Notes: generated by a model not told the origin, from the sequence alone. A stretch of 64,000 nucleotides of DNA from Candidatus Velthaea sp. (GCA_965214935.1 CBDCCS010000021.1:320001-384000), one strand, 5' to 3'. Shown: positions 1 to 9,818, numbered from the stretch's first letter. Made by a program: numbers and translations.

Positions 1-10
1 GGCTGTCATC

Positions 11-901
11 ATGACAGTCGATCAATATACCATGCGCAATCCGCTCGATCAATTCGAGCGCCCGCAGTTTCCCGATCAGACGCAGCCCTATCCCGGGAAG
101 AGCGATCGGATGCGTCCGCAGCCCGATTATGGTGAGGCATCGTATCGCGGCAGTAACCGGCTTAGCGCACGCCACGCGGTAATTACCGGCGGCGATTCGG
201 GCATCGGGCGAGCCGTCGCACTGGCGTTCGCGCGCGAAGGCGCCGACGTGCTCATCAATTACCTCGATGAAGACGAAGACGCGAAAGAAACATGCCGGCT
301 CGTCGAGTCGGCCGGGCGCAAAGCCGTCGCCGTGAAGGGCGACTTGTGCGACGAGAAATTCTGCAAACAGCTGATCGGGCGTGCCGTTGCCGAGTTCGGA
401 CAACTCGACATCCTCGTCAATAACGCTGCGTATCAGAATGTTATCGAGGACATCTCGCAACTAACGTCCGAGCAATTCGACCGCACGCTCAAAACCAACA
501 TCTATGCGATGTTTTGGCTTTGCAAAGCGGCGCTCGAAGTGATGCCGCCGGGTAGCACGATCATCAACACAACGTCGGTCGAAGCATCGAAGCCTGAGCC
601 TTCGCTGCTGGCGTACGCGACGACCAAGGGCGCGATCGTAACGTTCACCCAAGGACTTGCACAAAGTTCGATCGAGCACGGTATTCGCGTGAATTGCGTC
701 GCTCCGGGTCCGGTCTGGACGCCGCTCATTCCGGCGACGATGCCCGTTGAAGAGGTTACGTCGTTCGGGACGCAATCGCCGATCGGCCGTCCGGCGCAAC
801 CGGTCGAACTTGCTCCGGCATTCGTGTTTCTCGCCTCGGGTGAATCGAGTTACATCAACGGCGCCCGCATCGCCGTTACCGGCGGGGTGCCGGTTCCGTA
901 G
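11..901 (+). CDS. Short-chain dehydrogenase/reductase (YghA/YhdF-like general stress SDR)
   Basis: TGGDSGIG Rossmann motif, NNA, YATTK catalytic YxxxK, VAPGPVWTP; N-terminal PDYGEASYRGSNRL typical of the YghA-like subfamily. Confidence 0.9.
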   Translation: MTVDQYTMRNPLDQFERPQFPDQTQPYPGKSDRMRPQPDYGEASYRGSNRLSARHAVITGGDSGIGRAVALAFAREGADVLINYLDEDEDAKETCRLVESAGRKAVAVKGDLCDEKFCKQLIGRAVAEFGQLDILVNNAAYQNVIEDISQLTSEQFDRTLKTNIYAMFWLCKAALEVMPPGSTIINTTSVEASKPEPSLLAYATTKGAIVTFTQGLAQSSIEHGIRVNCVAPGPVWTPLIPATMPVEEVTSFGTQSPIGRPAQPVELAPAFVFLASGESSYINGARIAVTGGVPVP

Positions 902-1043
902 ACGGTCGTTCACGCGCGATCCTTGGCCGCTCCGGCTGCGAAGCTGCGCGCCGCTTGTGCGCGTTTCTTCGCAACGACCGTTTCATCAAGCGGGATTCGT
1001 GGTTGCGCGAATCTCGCTCGGCTCGCGCCGACGTCACTGTCGG

Positions 1044-1202
1044 TAAATCGAAACTCTCGCCTTGCGCAGCAAGAATCGTGTCGCGACCAGCTGCAGTCCG
1101 ATACGGCAAGGTCCATTCGCCATACGAGAAATCGCCGTCATCGGCGGAGTGCTGGATCACGCCGTCGAGCGAGATGTGTTCGAAGATCCTGATCGATCTC
1201 AT
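1044..1202 (-). pseudogene. 5' remnant of a dihydrofolate reductase/RibD C-terminal family gene
   Basis: ATG at 1202 with GGAG upstream; MRSIRIFEHISLDGVIQHSADDGDFSYGEW...GESFDL matches the family N-terminus, then similarity stops just before the expected LLGRxTY motif. Confidence 0.65.
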
Positions 1203-1364
1203 GGAAACTCCTCTACGTTCGTCCCTCGTCCACACGCCGGCCGCGACGAACGGTCTCTTTGCTCCAAAACACATCGATCGCAGGATCGATCGGCTTCCGG
1301 CCGCCGGCGTTGGAGCGCACCTCCGACGCCTGGGTAAAGTTAGCAAGGCCGTGATACGAAGCTA

Positions 1365-1393
1365 TTGTCGTCGAACGTACGTTCGATTATACT
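1365..1393 (+). promoter_or_regulatory. Sigma70-type promoter with a LexA (SOS) box in its spacer
   Basis: TTGTCG (1365-1370), 17 bp spacer, TATACT (1388-1393); the spacer holds the perfect palindrome TCGAACGTACGTTCGA (1371-1386), a GAAC-N4-GTTC box. Confidence 0.85.
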
Positions 1394-1400
1394 GACTTCG

Positions 1401-4400
1401 ATGTCCCCTCGAGCCGGCTACGCCGAACTTCATTGCTGGTCGAATTTCTCGTTCTTAGAAGGCTCTTCACACCCTGAAGAGCTCGTCGAGCGAGCCGTTC
1501 AACTTGAGTTGACCTCGCTGGCGTTGACCGATCGCGACGGGTTTTACGGACAAGTCCGCTTTGCCAAAGCCGGCCGCGGCACTCAACTCGGGACGATCTT
1601 GGGCGCCGAGCTCACGTTAGAAACCGGAACGCCGGACCGCGTTCGCGGCCGGGAAAAGGGCGCGCGAGCATCCCACGACGTGCCGACTCACTCCCCGCGC
1701 CTCGTGTTGCTGGCCGAAAACCGCGCCGGCTATGCGAATCTCGCCCAGCTCATTTCGATCGCCCAGCTCCGCGGCCGTAAGCGCGACGCGCGCTTGCGCC
1801 TAGACGATCTCGAGGGCAAAACCGCCGGACTCATCGCGCTTTCGGGCTGGCGCAACGGGCTGCCCGAGCGCGCGCTATCGGCCGGCGACGAGCCGGCCGC
1901 CGTTGCCGTCGGCGCGCGGCTGCGCGATCTCTTTCCCGGCGCGTTTTTTCTCGAGTTGCAGCACCATGCGCGGCCCGAAGACGGTGCGCTGGCACTGGCC
2001 TCGATTCGGCTGGCGGCGACCTTGGGCGTGCCGTACGTTGCCACCAACGGCGTGGCGTATGCCGAGCGGACCGATGCGCAGTTGGCCGATGTCCTGCAAT
2101 GCGTGCGGTACAAAACCGTCTTGCATAAAGCCGGTTTGCTGCTGCGGCCCAATCACGAGCACGATCTCAAGCCGGCCGAGCAGATGGCAAAACTGTTTGC
2201 ACCGTATCCGCTGGCAATTGCCAACACACTTGCGATTGCCGAACGCTGCACGTTCCGGCTCGATACGCTCAAGGGTCAGTTTCCGCACTTTCCAATTCCC
2301 GCCGATGAAACCAGCCATCAAAGTTATTTGCGGACGCTGGTCTATCGGGGTGCCGCGAAACGCTATCCGATGCCGCTCGCGCCCGCCGTCGAACGGCAGC
2401 TCGAATACGAACTCGGCATCATCGCGCGGCTCGATCTTGCCGGTTACTTCTTGGTCGTTTGGGATATCGTACGCGCGGCCGAAGAGATCGGCGTGCTGTG
2501 TCAAGGGCGCGGCTCGGCGGCGAATTCCGCCGTCTGCTACGCGCTCCACATTACCGCCGTCGATCCGGTCGGTCACGGCTTACTTTTCGAGCGCTTTCTA
2601 TCCGAAGAACGCAAAGAAGTACCCGACATCGATATTGATTTCGCGCATCAAGACCGCGAAAAAGTCATTCAATACGTCTACGACCGGTACGGCCGCGAGC
2701 ATGCCGCGATGGCGGCCGAGGTGATCACCTACCGGACCCGCTCCGCAATTCGCGATGTCGGTAAAGCGCTCGGACTTTCGCTCGTGCAAGTCGAGCAAAT
2801 CGTGCAAGAATACGATGCACGCGAGTCGCTCGCGGGCGCACTCGGCACGACGCCGCAAGACTATGCCGCGCTGCCGCAATCGGTCGTCAAGCGCCGCGAT
2901 CTCGACGCCGGATCGAACGTCTACCACTCGCGCAGCGACGTGACACCGGGGTTCGCCGACATCGACGAACGCAGCGCCGATGCGTGCGCGCAGCAGCCTG
3001 CGTCCGCCGCGCGCAGCAATCGCAGCGACCCGCGTAATGCAATCGCCTCAAAAGTTAAAGCGCACCCCTCGCATCTGTACGGCTTCGTGGCCAAGGATTT
3101 CGGAGCCGACCCGGATCCGGACGTCGGCAGTCCGGTCGGCGGCGCGCTCGGCGCGACGATTTTAGCACTGTGCCGGCGGATCGACGGCTTTCCGCGCCAC
3201 ATGGGCATTCATTCGGGCGGCATGGTGATCACGCGCGAACCGCTCGTGTGCGTCGCACCGGTCGAATGGGCAAGTATGCGCGATCGCACGATCGTGCAAT
3301 GGGATAAAGACGATTTAGGCGATCTCGGTTTAATTAAGATCGATCTGCTGGGTTTGGGAATGCTGTCGCTGCTGCGCGATGCATTTACCTTATTTTCGCG
3401 CCGCTATCCCGAACGGCCGCAACTCAATTTAGCGATGATCCCCGCTGATGACCGGCCGACGTACGAGATGCTGCAACGCGCCGACTCGATCGGCGTCTTT
3501 CAGATTGAATCGCGCGCGCAACAGTCGATGCTGCCGCGCCTGCGGCCGAATTGTTTTTACGATTTGGTGATGCAGGTTGCGATCATCCGGCCCGGTCCGA
3601 TTCAAGGCGACATGATCCATCCGTTTTTGCGGCGGCGCAACGGACTCGAACCCGTCACGTACCCGCATCCCAAACTCAAACCCGTGCTGGAACGCACGAT
3701 GGGCGTTCCGCTCTTTCAAGAACAAGGCATGCGCATGGCGATCGAAGCCGCCGGTTTTACGCCGGGCGAAGCGGACACGTTGCGGCGCGCGATGGGACAT
3801 AAACGTTCGCACGAGCGGATGGCGCAAATCTACCCGAAACTCATCGACGGAATGGTCGCCAACGGCATCGACCGGGCCGCCGCCGACGGTCTGTTTCATA
3901 TGCTCGAAGGCTTTGCCGATTACGGCTTTCCCGAATCACACGCCGCCAGTTTTGCTCTGCTCGCTTACGCTTCGGCATACGTCAAATGTCACGAGCCCGC
4001 GGTGTTTTGCGCTGCGATTCTCAACGTGCAGCCGATGGGCTTTTATGCCACCGAAGTGCTGGTGAACGATGCGCGCCGCCACGGTGTACTCGTCAAACCG
4101 GTCGCCGTCAACGAGAGCGAGTGGTGGAGTTTCGTCGATACCGAAGGCGCGTTACGCTTGGGCTTTCACCTCGTACGCAGCTTAGGTGAAGCGCAGCGTG
4201 AGAAATTACAGGCCACCGTCGGCCACGGCGACTTCGAGGATATGCTCGACTTTGCGCGGCGCACCGGGATCACGCGCGACGGACTCGAGAATTTAGCCGC
4301 TGCCGATGCGTTTCGGCCGTGGTTCGATTCGCGCCGTGAAGCACTGTGGGCACTGCGCGGTTTAGACGAACGCGAGACGCGCGGTGAACTTGCGCGCGGA

Positions 4401-4856
4401 ATGGATGTTGAAGAACCGGCCGCTACGCTGGCGCCGCTGCAACCGATCGAGGCAACGACGCTGGACATCGACGCGACCGGCGTTTCCGACATTCAGCCGA
4501 TCGCACATTTCCGGGCGCAACTCGACACCGCCGGCGTGCTGGCCGCAAACCGGCTCACGGCGATGCCCAACCATCTTGTCTGTAAAGTCGGCGGAATGGT
4601 GATTACCCGGCAGCGTCCGGGCACGGCGAAAGGCTTCGTTTTTCTAACGCTCGAGGATGAGACGGGCCTGGTCAACATCATCGTGCGGCCGGATATCTAC
4701 GAGCGATACCGGCGCGTTATCCGGCAATCCCGGGCACTCGTGATCGAAGGGACCATTCAAAAAGATTACGGCGTCGTCGACATCATTATGAAGCGCTGCT
4801 GGCCGCTCGAAACCCAAGGCACCACCGACAACGTGCGCGCGCGTAACTTTCGCTAA
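1401..4856 (+). CDS. dnaE2: Error-prone DNA polymerase III alpha subunit DnaE2
   Basis: YAELHCWSNFSFLEG PHP start, GRGSAANS, PDIDID, FPRH..HSGG, YGFPESHAASFA, OB-fold RQRPGTAKG, C-terminal RNFR (SRDFR-like DnaE2 tail); start placed at ATG 1401 because the ORF-track TTG at 1365 is the -35 box. Confidence 0.95.
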   Translation: MSPRAGYAELHCWSNFSFLEGSSHPEELVERAVQLELTSLALTDRDGFYGQVRFAKAGRGTQLGTILGAELTLETGTPDRVRGREKGARASHDVPTHSPRLVLLAENRAGYANLAQLISIAQLRGRKRDARLRLDDLEGKTAGLIALSGWRNGLPERALSAGDEPAAVAVGARLRDLFPGAFFLELQHHARPEDGALALASIRLAATLGVPYVATNGVAYAERTDAQLADVLQCVRYKTVLHKAGLLLRPNHEHDLKPAEQMAKLFAPYPLAIANTLAIAERCTFRLDTLKGQFPHFPIPADETSHQSYLRTLVYRGAAKRYPMPLAPAVERQLEYELGIIARLDLAGYFLVVWDIVRAAEEIGVLCQGRGSAANSAVCYALHITAVDPVGHGLLFERFLSEERKEVPDIDIDFAHQDREKVIQYVYDRYGREHAAMAAEVITYRTRSAIRDVGKALGLSLVQVEQIVQEYDARESLAGALGTTPQDYAALPQSVVKRRDLDAGSNVYHSRSDVTPGFADIDERSADACAQQPASAARSNRSDPRNAIASKVKAHPSHLYGFVAKDFGADPDPDVGSPVGGALGATILALCRRIDGFPRHMGIHSGGMVITREPLVCVAPVEWASMRDRTIVQWDKDDLGDLGLIKIDLLGLGMLSLLRDAFTLFSRRYPERPQLNLAMIPADDRPTYEMLQRADSIGVFQIESRAQQSMLPRLRPNCFYDLVMQVAIIRPGPIQGDMIHPFLRRRNGLEPVTYPHPKLKPVLERTMGVPLFQEQGMRMAIEAAGFTPGEADTLRRAMGHKRSHERMAQIYPKLIDGMVANGIDRAAADGLFHMLEGFADYGFPESHAASFALLAYASAYVKCHEPAVFCAAILNVQPMGFYATEVLVNDARRHGVLVKPVAVNESEWWSFVDTEGALRLGFHLVRSLGEAQREKLQATVGHGDFEDMLDFARRTGITRDGLENLAAADAFRPWFDSRREALWALRGLDERETRGELARGMDVEEPAATLAPLQPIEATTLDIDATGVSDIQPIAHFRAQLDTAGVLAANRLTAMPNHLVCKVGGMVITRQRPGTAKGFVFLTLEDETGLVNIIVRPDIYERYRRVIRQSRALVIEGTIQKDYGVVDIIMKRCWPLETQGTTDNVRARNFR

Positions 4857-5013
4857 GCCGGCGAGCGACGGTGGCCAGACGGCACGAACGGCGCGAATCC
4901 GTACAGTTTGAAATGTCCGGGTATGTTGTCCGCCTGTCCGTTCTGTGGATGCACGAGCCGGCCGTATCATCACTCAAACACCGATTTGAGCTCATGAAGG
5001 ACGGCCTACCACA

Positions 5014-5283
5014 ATGATTGCCGACTACGAACTGCCCGCTGTCGCCGTCCGCCGTAACGCCGAGCGCCCGCGCGCTTCCGGCTCAAAGACATCCGCCGTT
5101 ACCTCGCTGACGCCGCGCGAACGCGAGATCGCACTCTTACTTGCCGCTGAACGCGCCTCGAATCGAGCGATCTCCGCCCGCCTTTCGATCAGCATCCGAA
5201 CCGTTGAAACGCACATCGAACGCATTTTTTCCAAGCTCGAAATCCATACGCGAGCGGACGTCGCGACTGCTTACATAAGCTGA
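5014..5283 (+). CDS. Small stand-alone LuxR-type HTH regulator
   Basis: LTPREREIA...SNRAISARLSISIRTVETHIERIFSKL; no sensor domain. Confidence 0.75.
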   Translation: MIADYELPAVAVRRNAERPRASGSKTSAVTSLTPREREIALLLAAERASNRAISARLSISIRTVETHIERIFSKLEIHTRADVATAYIS

Positions 5284-5437
5284 ACGATGCTCCGGCTCGG
5301 CGTCGCAACGGCGCGCAACGAAAAATCTCGCGCCGTCGAGAGTGCCAAGGGTATGGCAGAGTGCGGGCGGATAATGAACTCTACTGACGGCGTATTTCAC
5401 GCTGCAGCGACCGTTCACGCAAGGAGCTTGTCCGTTC

Positions 5438-6316
5438 ATGAGCGATTTGCTCGATCCGACCACGGCAACATCACCGGCTTTCAATCGCAAGGCGTTTGTC
5501 GGTTTGAGTGCCGGCGCTGCCGCTGCCGCTTCGGCCGTTGCGCCGGGTTCGGCGCAATCAGCTCAATTCGGTAAGCCGCATGCGCCGATCGTTGCCGAGA
5601 ACGACCCGGCGATCGAGGCGCACGCAGTCGTGCTGAGCCGCCCGAACGGTGGAATCGCTGCGTACGCGGCCTGGCCGAAGCTGCTCCGCACGACGACTCC
5701 CGGTATCGTAATGGTCCAGCATGTTTGGGGTGTCGACAGCACGATTCGCGACGACGTGCGCCGCTACGCGAAGGCCGGCTATATCTGCATTGCGCCGAAT
5801 TTATATTCGCCGAACGCGCCCAGCGGCGACGGCTCGAGCGACATCGACTTGTTCCGGCCGCTGGCCGCCGGCCTGCAACCCGACGCCGTTACCGGCGATC
5901 TGCTCGCGGCGCGCAATTGGGTGATCGACAAAGCAACGCAGGCGAAGGTCGGCATAACCGGCTTTTGTATGGGCGGCGGTATTGCGCTTCGCCAACTCTT
6001 CGGCACCGATGCGTACGCGGCGGCCGCGATCTTTTACGGACCCGTCCGGCCTGCAAGCGACACCTCCGCGGATCCGCTCGCGTACGCGGCAAAGATCAGC
6101 ACTCCGATCCGGGGCAACTACGGTGAGCGCGATACGAGCATTGCGCCGGGCGACGTCCGTGCCGTTTTCGATGCGATTCCCGCGCCGCACGAACTCAGCA
6201 TCTACACCCAAGCCGGTCACGCGTTCTTCGATGACACGCGGGCGTCGTATGTCGACACCGCCGCTGCCGACGCTTGGACGAAAACGCTCGCGTGGTTTGC
6301 ACGCTACTTGGCTTAA
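5438..6316 (+). CDS. Dienelactone hydrolase family protein, possibly Tat-exported
   Basis: GFCMGG nucleophile elbow, AGHAFF catalytic His; AGGAG RBS; NRKAFVGL Tat-like N-terminus. Confidence 0.88.
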   Translation: MSDLLDPTTATSPAFNRKAFVGLSAGAAAAASAVAPGSAQSAQFGKPHAPIVAENDPAIEAHAVVLSRPNGGIAAYAAWPKLLRTTTPGIVMVQHVWGVDSTIRDDVRRYAKAGYICIAPNLYSPNAPSGDGSSDIDLFRPLAAGLQPDAVTGDLLAARNWVIDKATQAKVGITGFCMGGGIALRQLFGTDAYAAAAIFYGPVRPASDTSADPLAYAAKISTPIRGNYGERDTSIAPGDVRAVFDAIPAPHELSIYTQAGHAFFDDTRASYVDTAAADAWTKTLAWFARYLA

Positions 6317-6319
6317 GCG

Positions 6320-7411
6320 TTGCTAACGATCGTTCACGCTGCCGACGTTCATCTCGAAACGATTTTTGCCGAGGTCCGCGGCGGCAGCCGGCGACGAGCG
6401 GCGCTTGCCGATGCATTCGTTCGCGTGGTCGACCTGGCGATCGAACGTCGAGCCGACGTGCTTACCATCGGCGGCGATTTATTCGAAACGCAGCGAGCGG
6501 GACCGCAAACCGCGCGCTTCATCTTCGAACAGTTGGCACGCTTCGGCAAACCGGTTTTTGTTGCTCCGGGCAACCACGACCCGTATGCCGAGCGATCGTT
6601 ATACGCCCACGCCGATCGGCCTGCGAACGTGCGGGTGTTCGCCGAAGCGGCTTGGGCGGCATTTCCGTTAGCCGACGACGTAACGCTTTACGGCTTCGGG
6701 CATACGCCGGCCGAGCCGGGCCGGCCGTTTCGCGGTGCGCACTTCGATCGGCCCGGAGTCCGTTTGGCACTCGTGCACGGCAGTGATGAAGAGCGCTGCC
6801 CGCCCGGTAAGCGCGCCACGGCACCATTTGCGCTCGCAGAGATCGTTGCGAGCGGCGCGCATCTTGCGTTGTGCGGCCACTATCACGGCGGCTACGTCGT
6901 CGAAGCCGGCGGCGCACCGGTGATCGCCTATCCCGGCGCTCCCGAGCCGATACGCTTCGGCGAGCGCGGCAGCCATGGAGCGCTCGTCGTCACCGTCGCC
7001 GCCGGCGCCGTGCAAGTCGAAGCGGTGCCGTTGGCGCGCACGCAGTTGAGCGAACGGATCGTGCAGATCGGCGGCGCAGCGAACGAACACGCCGTTATCT
7101 CGGTGCTCGACGCCGCGCTCAACGGGTTGGGAGCGGGCGACTACATGCGCGTCTACTTGCACGGCGCGATTCAACGCGGCACGCGCATCGACTGCGATCT
7201 GCTCGTCGAGTGTTGCGGCGCGCAGTTGGGTTCGTTAGAGGTTATCGATAAGACGATAACCGCCGACTTCGACGAGCTTGCGGCGCAGCCGAACGTCCGC
7301 GGGCTCGCCGTTCGCGATCTGCTGGCGCGCATACAGGCCGGCGAAACCGACGCCGAACGGGCTCTGCGTTATCTCGCTGCGGCATTCGAAGGGGCGGAGA
7401 TCGTCCCATGA
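6320..7411 (+). CDS. Mre11/SbcD-family DNA repair metallophosphoesterase (YhaO-like)
   Basis: HAADVHL, GGDLF, PGNHD, HG, GHYH motifs; overlaps the downstream ATPase by ATGA. Confidence 0.88.
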   Translation: MLTIVHAADVHLETIFAEVRGGSRRRAALADAFVRVVDLAIERRADVLTIGGDLFETQRAGPQTARFIFEQLARFGKPVFVAPGNHDPYAERSLYAHADRPANVRVFAEAAWAAFPLADDVTLYGFGHTPAEPGRPFRGAHFDRPGVRLALVHGSDEERCPPGKRATAPFALAEIVASGAHLALCGHYHGGYVVEAGGAPVIAYPGAPEPIRFGERGSHGALVVTVAAGAVQVEAVPLARTQLSERIVQIGGAANEHAVISVLDAALNGLGAGDYMRVYLHGAIQRGTRIDCDLLVECCGAQLGSLEVIDKTITADFDELAAQPNVRGLAVRDLLARIQAGETDAERALRYLAAAFEGAEIVP

Positions 7412-9801
7412 TCTTGCGTTCCCTGCACGTTACCGGATTCGGGCGGCTCGTCGACCGGCGGTTCACGTTTGCACCCGGTCTCAACGTCGTGTATGGCCCG
7501 AACGAAAGCGGCAAATCGACGCTTGCGAATGCAGTCATCGCAACGCTCTACGGTCTAGAACGGAAGAAAGAGACGTGGCGTCCATGGGCATCGGCGTCGT
7601 TCGGTACGACGCTCGATTACGATTTGAGCGGCGGCGAACGAATCGAAGTGCAGCGCGATTTCGATCGCGATGCAAAAGGCCTGCGGGTGTACGACCGAAA
7701 CGGCAACGATATCTCGGGGCGGCTTGCCGGACACAAGCTCGTCCCGGGTGAGGCGCATCTCGGTGTTCCGATCGATGTCTTCACCAATGCCGCCTGCATG
7801 AAACAGCAAGCCATGGCAATCGATGACGGTAAGGATGCCGCGCCGATTGCCGCACAACTCGCGCGCGCACTCGACGGCGGCCCGCGCGACGACGCAGCGC
7901 TCGGCGCACTGACGCGGCTCGATGAAGCACTTCGCACGCACGTCGGTACCGAGCGTGCGCGTAAACATGCGCCACTGCGAAATCTTCGGGTACGCGCGGT
8001 CGAGCAAGAGGCCCGGATGCGGGCAGCACGTGCGCGGCTTACGGCGCTCGACGACCTGCGATTGCAGACCGAACGCACTGCGCGCGACTGGAAGCGTTTA
8101 GAGGCGGCCGGCAGCGAACTCGAGCGCCGGTTGCAGTCGCTGCGCGCCGGTGCGATCGCACGGCGTTTGGAAAACTTGCGCGCGTTTCGCGCCGAGATCG
8201 CCGAACTGCAAACCGCTCGCAGCCAATATGACGATGTGGCTGCGTTCGACTCGGGGTGGGGGGATGCAGTCAACGCGGCGTTCGGCGAGTGGGAGTTTGC
8301 ACGACGGTCGGCGTGCGCTGCCCGGGTCGAAGCTGATGCCGCAGCGCTTGACGACGGTCGGCGCGGCGAGCTCGAAGCACGCCGGCGCGACGTCGGACGG
8401 ATCGATGATACGGCCTATGCCGCGCTTGTCGCGACCGAGGCTCGCCGCAACGCGGCGACCATTCGGGCAACGGCGGCTGCGCGCGAAGCGGCCGCCGCCC
8501 GCGCCGGACGTCCGCATCGTGCTTCGCTCAATGCCGGCCTTTGCGCCGTGCTGATAACTTGCGTTGCAATCGGCTTTGCAATCGCGCATAGCTGGACGTT
8601 CGGCAGCATCGCGACGGCACTGTCATTGGCTGCGCTTGCGGCGGCGCTTTCGCAACACCGAACGCATTCGCGTGACCGCGACGCAGCTGCGGGGAAGCAG
8701 AGCATCGCGGACGCGGCGCTCGAAGCGCAAACGGCTGCAGCTGATGAGGTTCGCTCGGTGCTCGATCCGTTCGGGATGCGCAGCTTCGAGGAACTGGCTG
8801 CCCACCGGACGCGCTATGGTGAATTGCTGGCCGCCGAGCGGCATGCGCAACGCTTGCGCGAACACGCGACGATCGCCGAGCACGACGCCCAAGCGCATGG
8901 TCGGCAATTTGATGACCTGACGATGAAGATTGCGCCGGACGCGATCGGGCCGCGTGCCGAGCGCAAAGCATCGATCGTCGTTCGTGCTGCACGTCGACGC
9001 GAGTACGACGGGCTCGGAGCACATATACACGGCTTGCAATTGCAACGTTCATCGATTTTGGGCGAGGACGACGAAGCCGCGCTTGAAGCGGAGCTTGCCG
9101 GCTTGCAGTCGAGCGGAGTCGCGGCAGCGGATGGAACGATCGGCGCTCGGCGTGAGCTCGAGGCTCAACGGCTCGATATAGCCGCTCGGTGCCGCACGGC
9201 CGGTCAGCTGCACTCGCGTTTGAGCGGCGAATTAGACGCAGCCCTGGCGCAACTCGACGACCTGGCAGCCCTTGATGAGGAGCTGGCACGAACCCAAAGC
9301 GAAATTGTGCGCATCGCGACTTTCGAGCGGGCAATCATGCTCGCCAAGTCCACGTTAGAGCAGCGTACGAACGAAGCGCATCAAACCTTCGCGCGCCGGC
9401 TGGAAGACTACGCCGCCGCGATGCTCGGTGAGATTACGGGCGGGCGCTATACCGAAATCTTCGTCGACCCGAAAACGCTGTCGATCCGCGTTCGCGTGCC
9501 CGAGACACAGGCCATCGTCGAGCTCGAAGCGCTCTCCGCCGGGACACGCGATCAGGCGTACTTAGTGGTGCGCTTTGCGATGGCGCGCATTTTCGCCGAA
9601 GGTATGGAGCGCCCGCCGATGCTCATGGACGATCCATTCGCATACTGGGACGCCACACGTATCGAGCGCTGCCTGCCGGTACTAAAACACGGCGCCCGCG
9701 ACGGGCAAGCGTTGCTCTTTACGGCGAATCGGCAACTCGCCGATGCGGCCATCCGCGATGGCGCTCATTGCGTCGACCTGCCGCAACCGGCGTTAACGTA
9801 A
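7408..9801 (+). CDS. Rad50/SbcC-like coiled-coil ATPase (YhaN-like)
   Basis: Walker A GPNESGKST, long coiled coil, signature LSAGTRDQ, Walker B LMDDPF; central hydrophobic segments. Confidence 0.88.
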   Translation: MILRSLHVTGFGRLVDRRFTFAPGLNVVYGPNESGKSTLANAVIATLYGLERKKETWRPWASASFGTTLDYDLSGGERIEVQRDFDRDAKGLRVYDRNGNDISGRLAGHKLVPGEAHLGVPIDVFTNAACMKQQAMAIDDGKDAAPIAAQLARALDGGPRDDAALGALTRLDEALRTHVGTERARKHAPLRNLRVRAVEQEARMRAARARLTALDDLRLQTERTARDWKRLEAAGSELERRLQSLRAGAIARRLENLRAFRAEIAELQTARSQYDDVAAFDSGWGDAVNAAFGEWEFARRSACAARVEADAAALDDGRRGELEARRRDVGRIDDTAYAALVATEARRNAATIRATAAAREAAAARAGRPHRASLNAGLCAVLITCVAIGFAIAHSWTFGSIATALSLAALAAALSQHRTHSRDRDAAAGKQSIADAALEAQTAAADEVRSVLDPFGMRSFEELAAHRTRYGELLAAERHAQRLREHATIAEHDAQAHGRQFDDLTMKIAPDAIGPRAERKASIVVRAARRREYDGLGAHIHGLQLQRSSILGEDDEAALEAELAGLQSSGVAAADGTIGARRELEAQRLDIAARCRTAGQLHSRLSGELDAALAQLDDLAALDEELARTQSEIVRIATFERAIMLAKSTLEQRTNEAHQTFARRLEDYAAAMLGEITGGRYTEIFVDPKTLSIRVRVPETQAIVELEALSAGTRDQAYLVVRFAMARIFAEGMERPPMLMDDPFAYWDATRIERCLPVLKHGARDGQALLFTANRQLADAAIRDGAHCVDLPQPALT

Positions 9802-9818
9802 CGGGCGAAGCCGACCGC

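Noticed and set aside
1365..1400. ORF-track TTG start for dnaE2
   Set aside because: This TTG is the -35 box, and the extension would run through the SOS box and -10 element; ATG 1401 fits DnaE2 N-termini.
2835..3158. Intein in DnaE2
   Set aside because: No Cys/Ser-start block with a His-Asn end followed by Cys/Ser/Thr, and no LAGLIDADG motifs.
6320..9801. Known anti-phage system (Wadjet, Lamassu, Gabija)
   Set aside because: Only an Mre11-like and a Rad50-like gene are present, with no kleisin, KITE, effector or Toprim partner.
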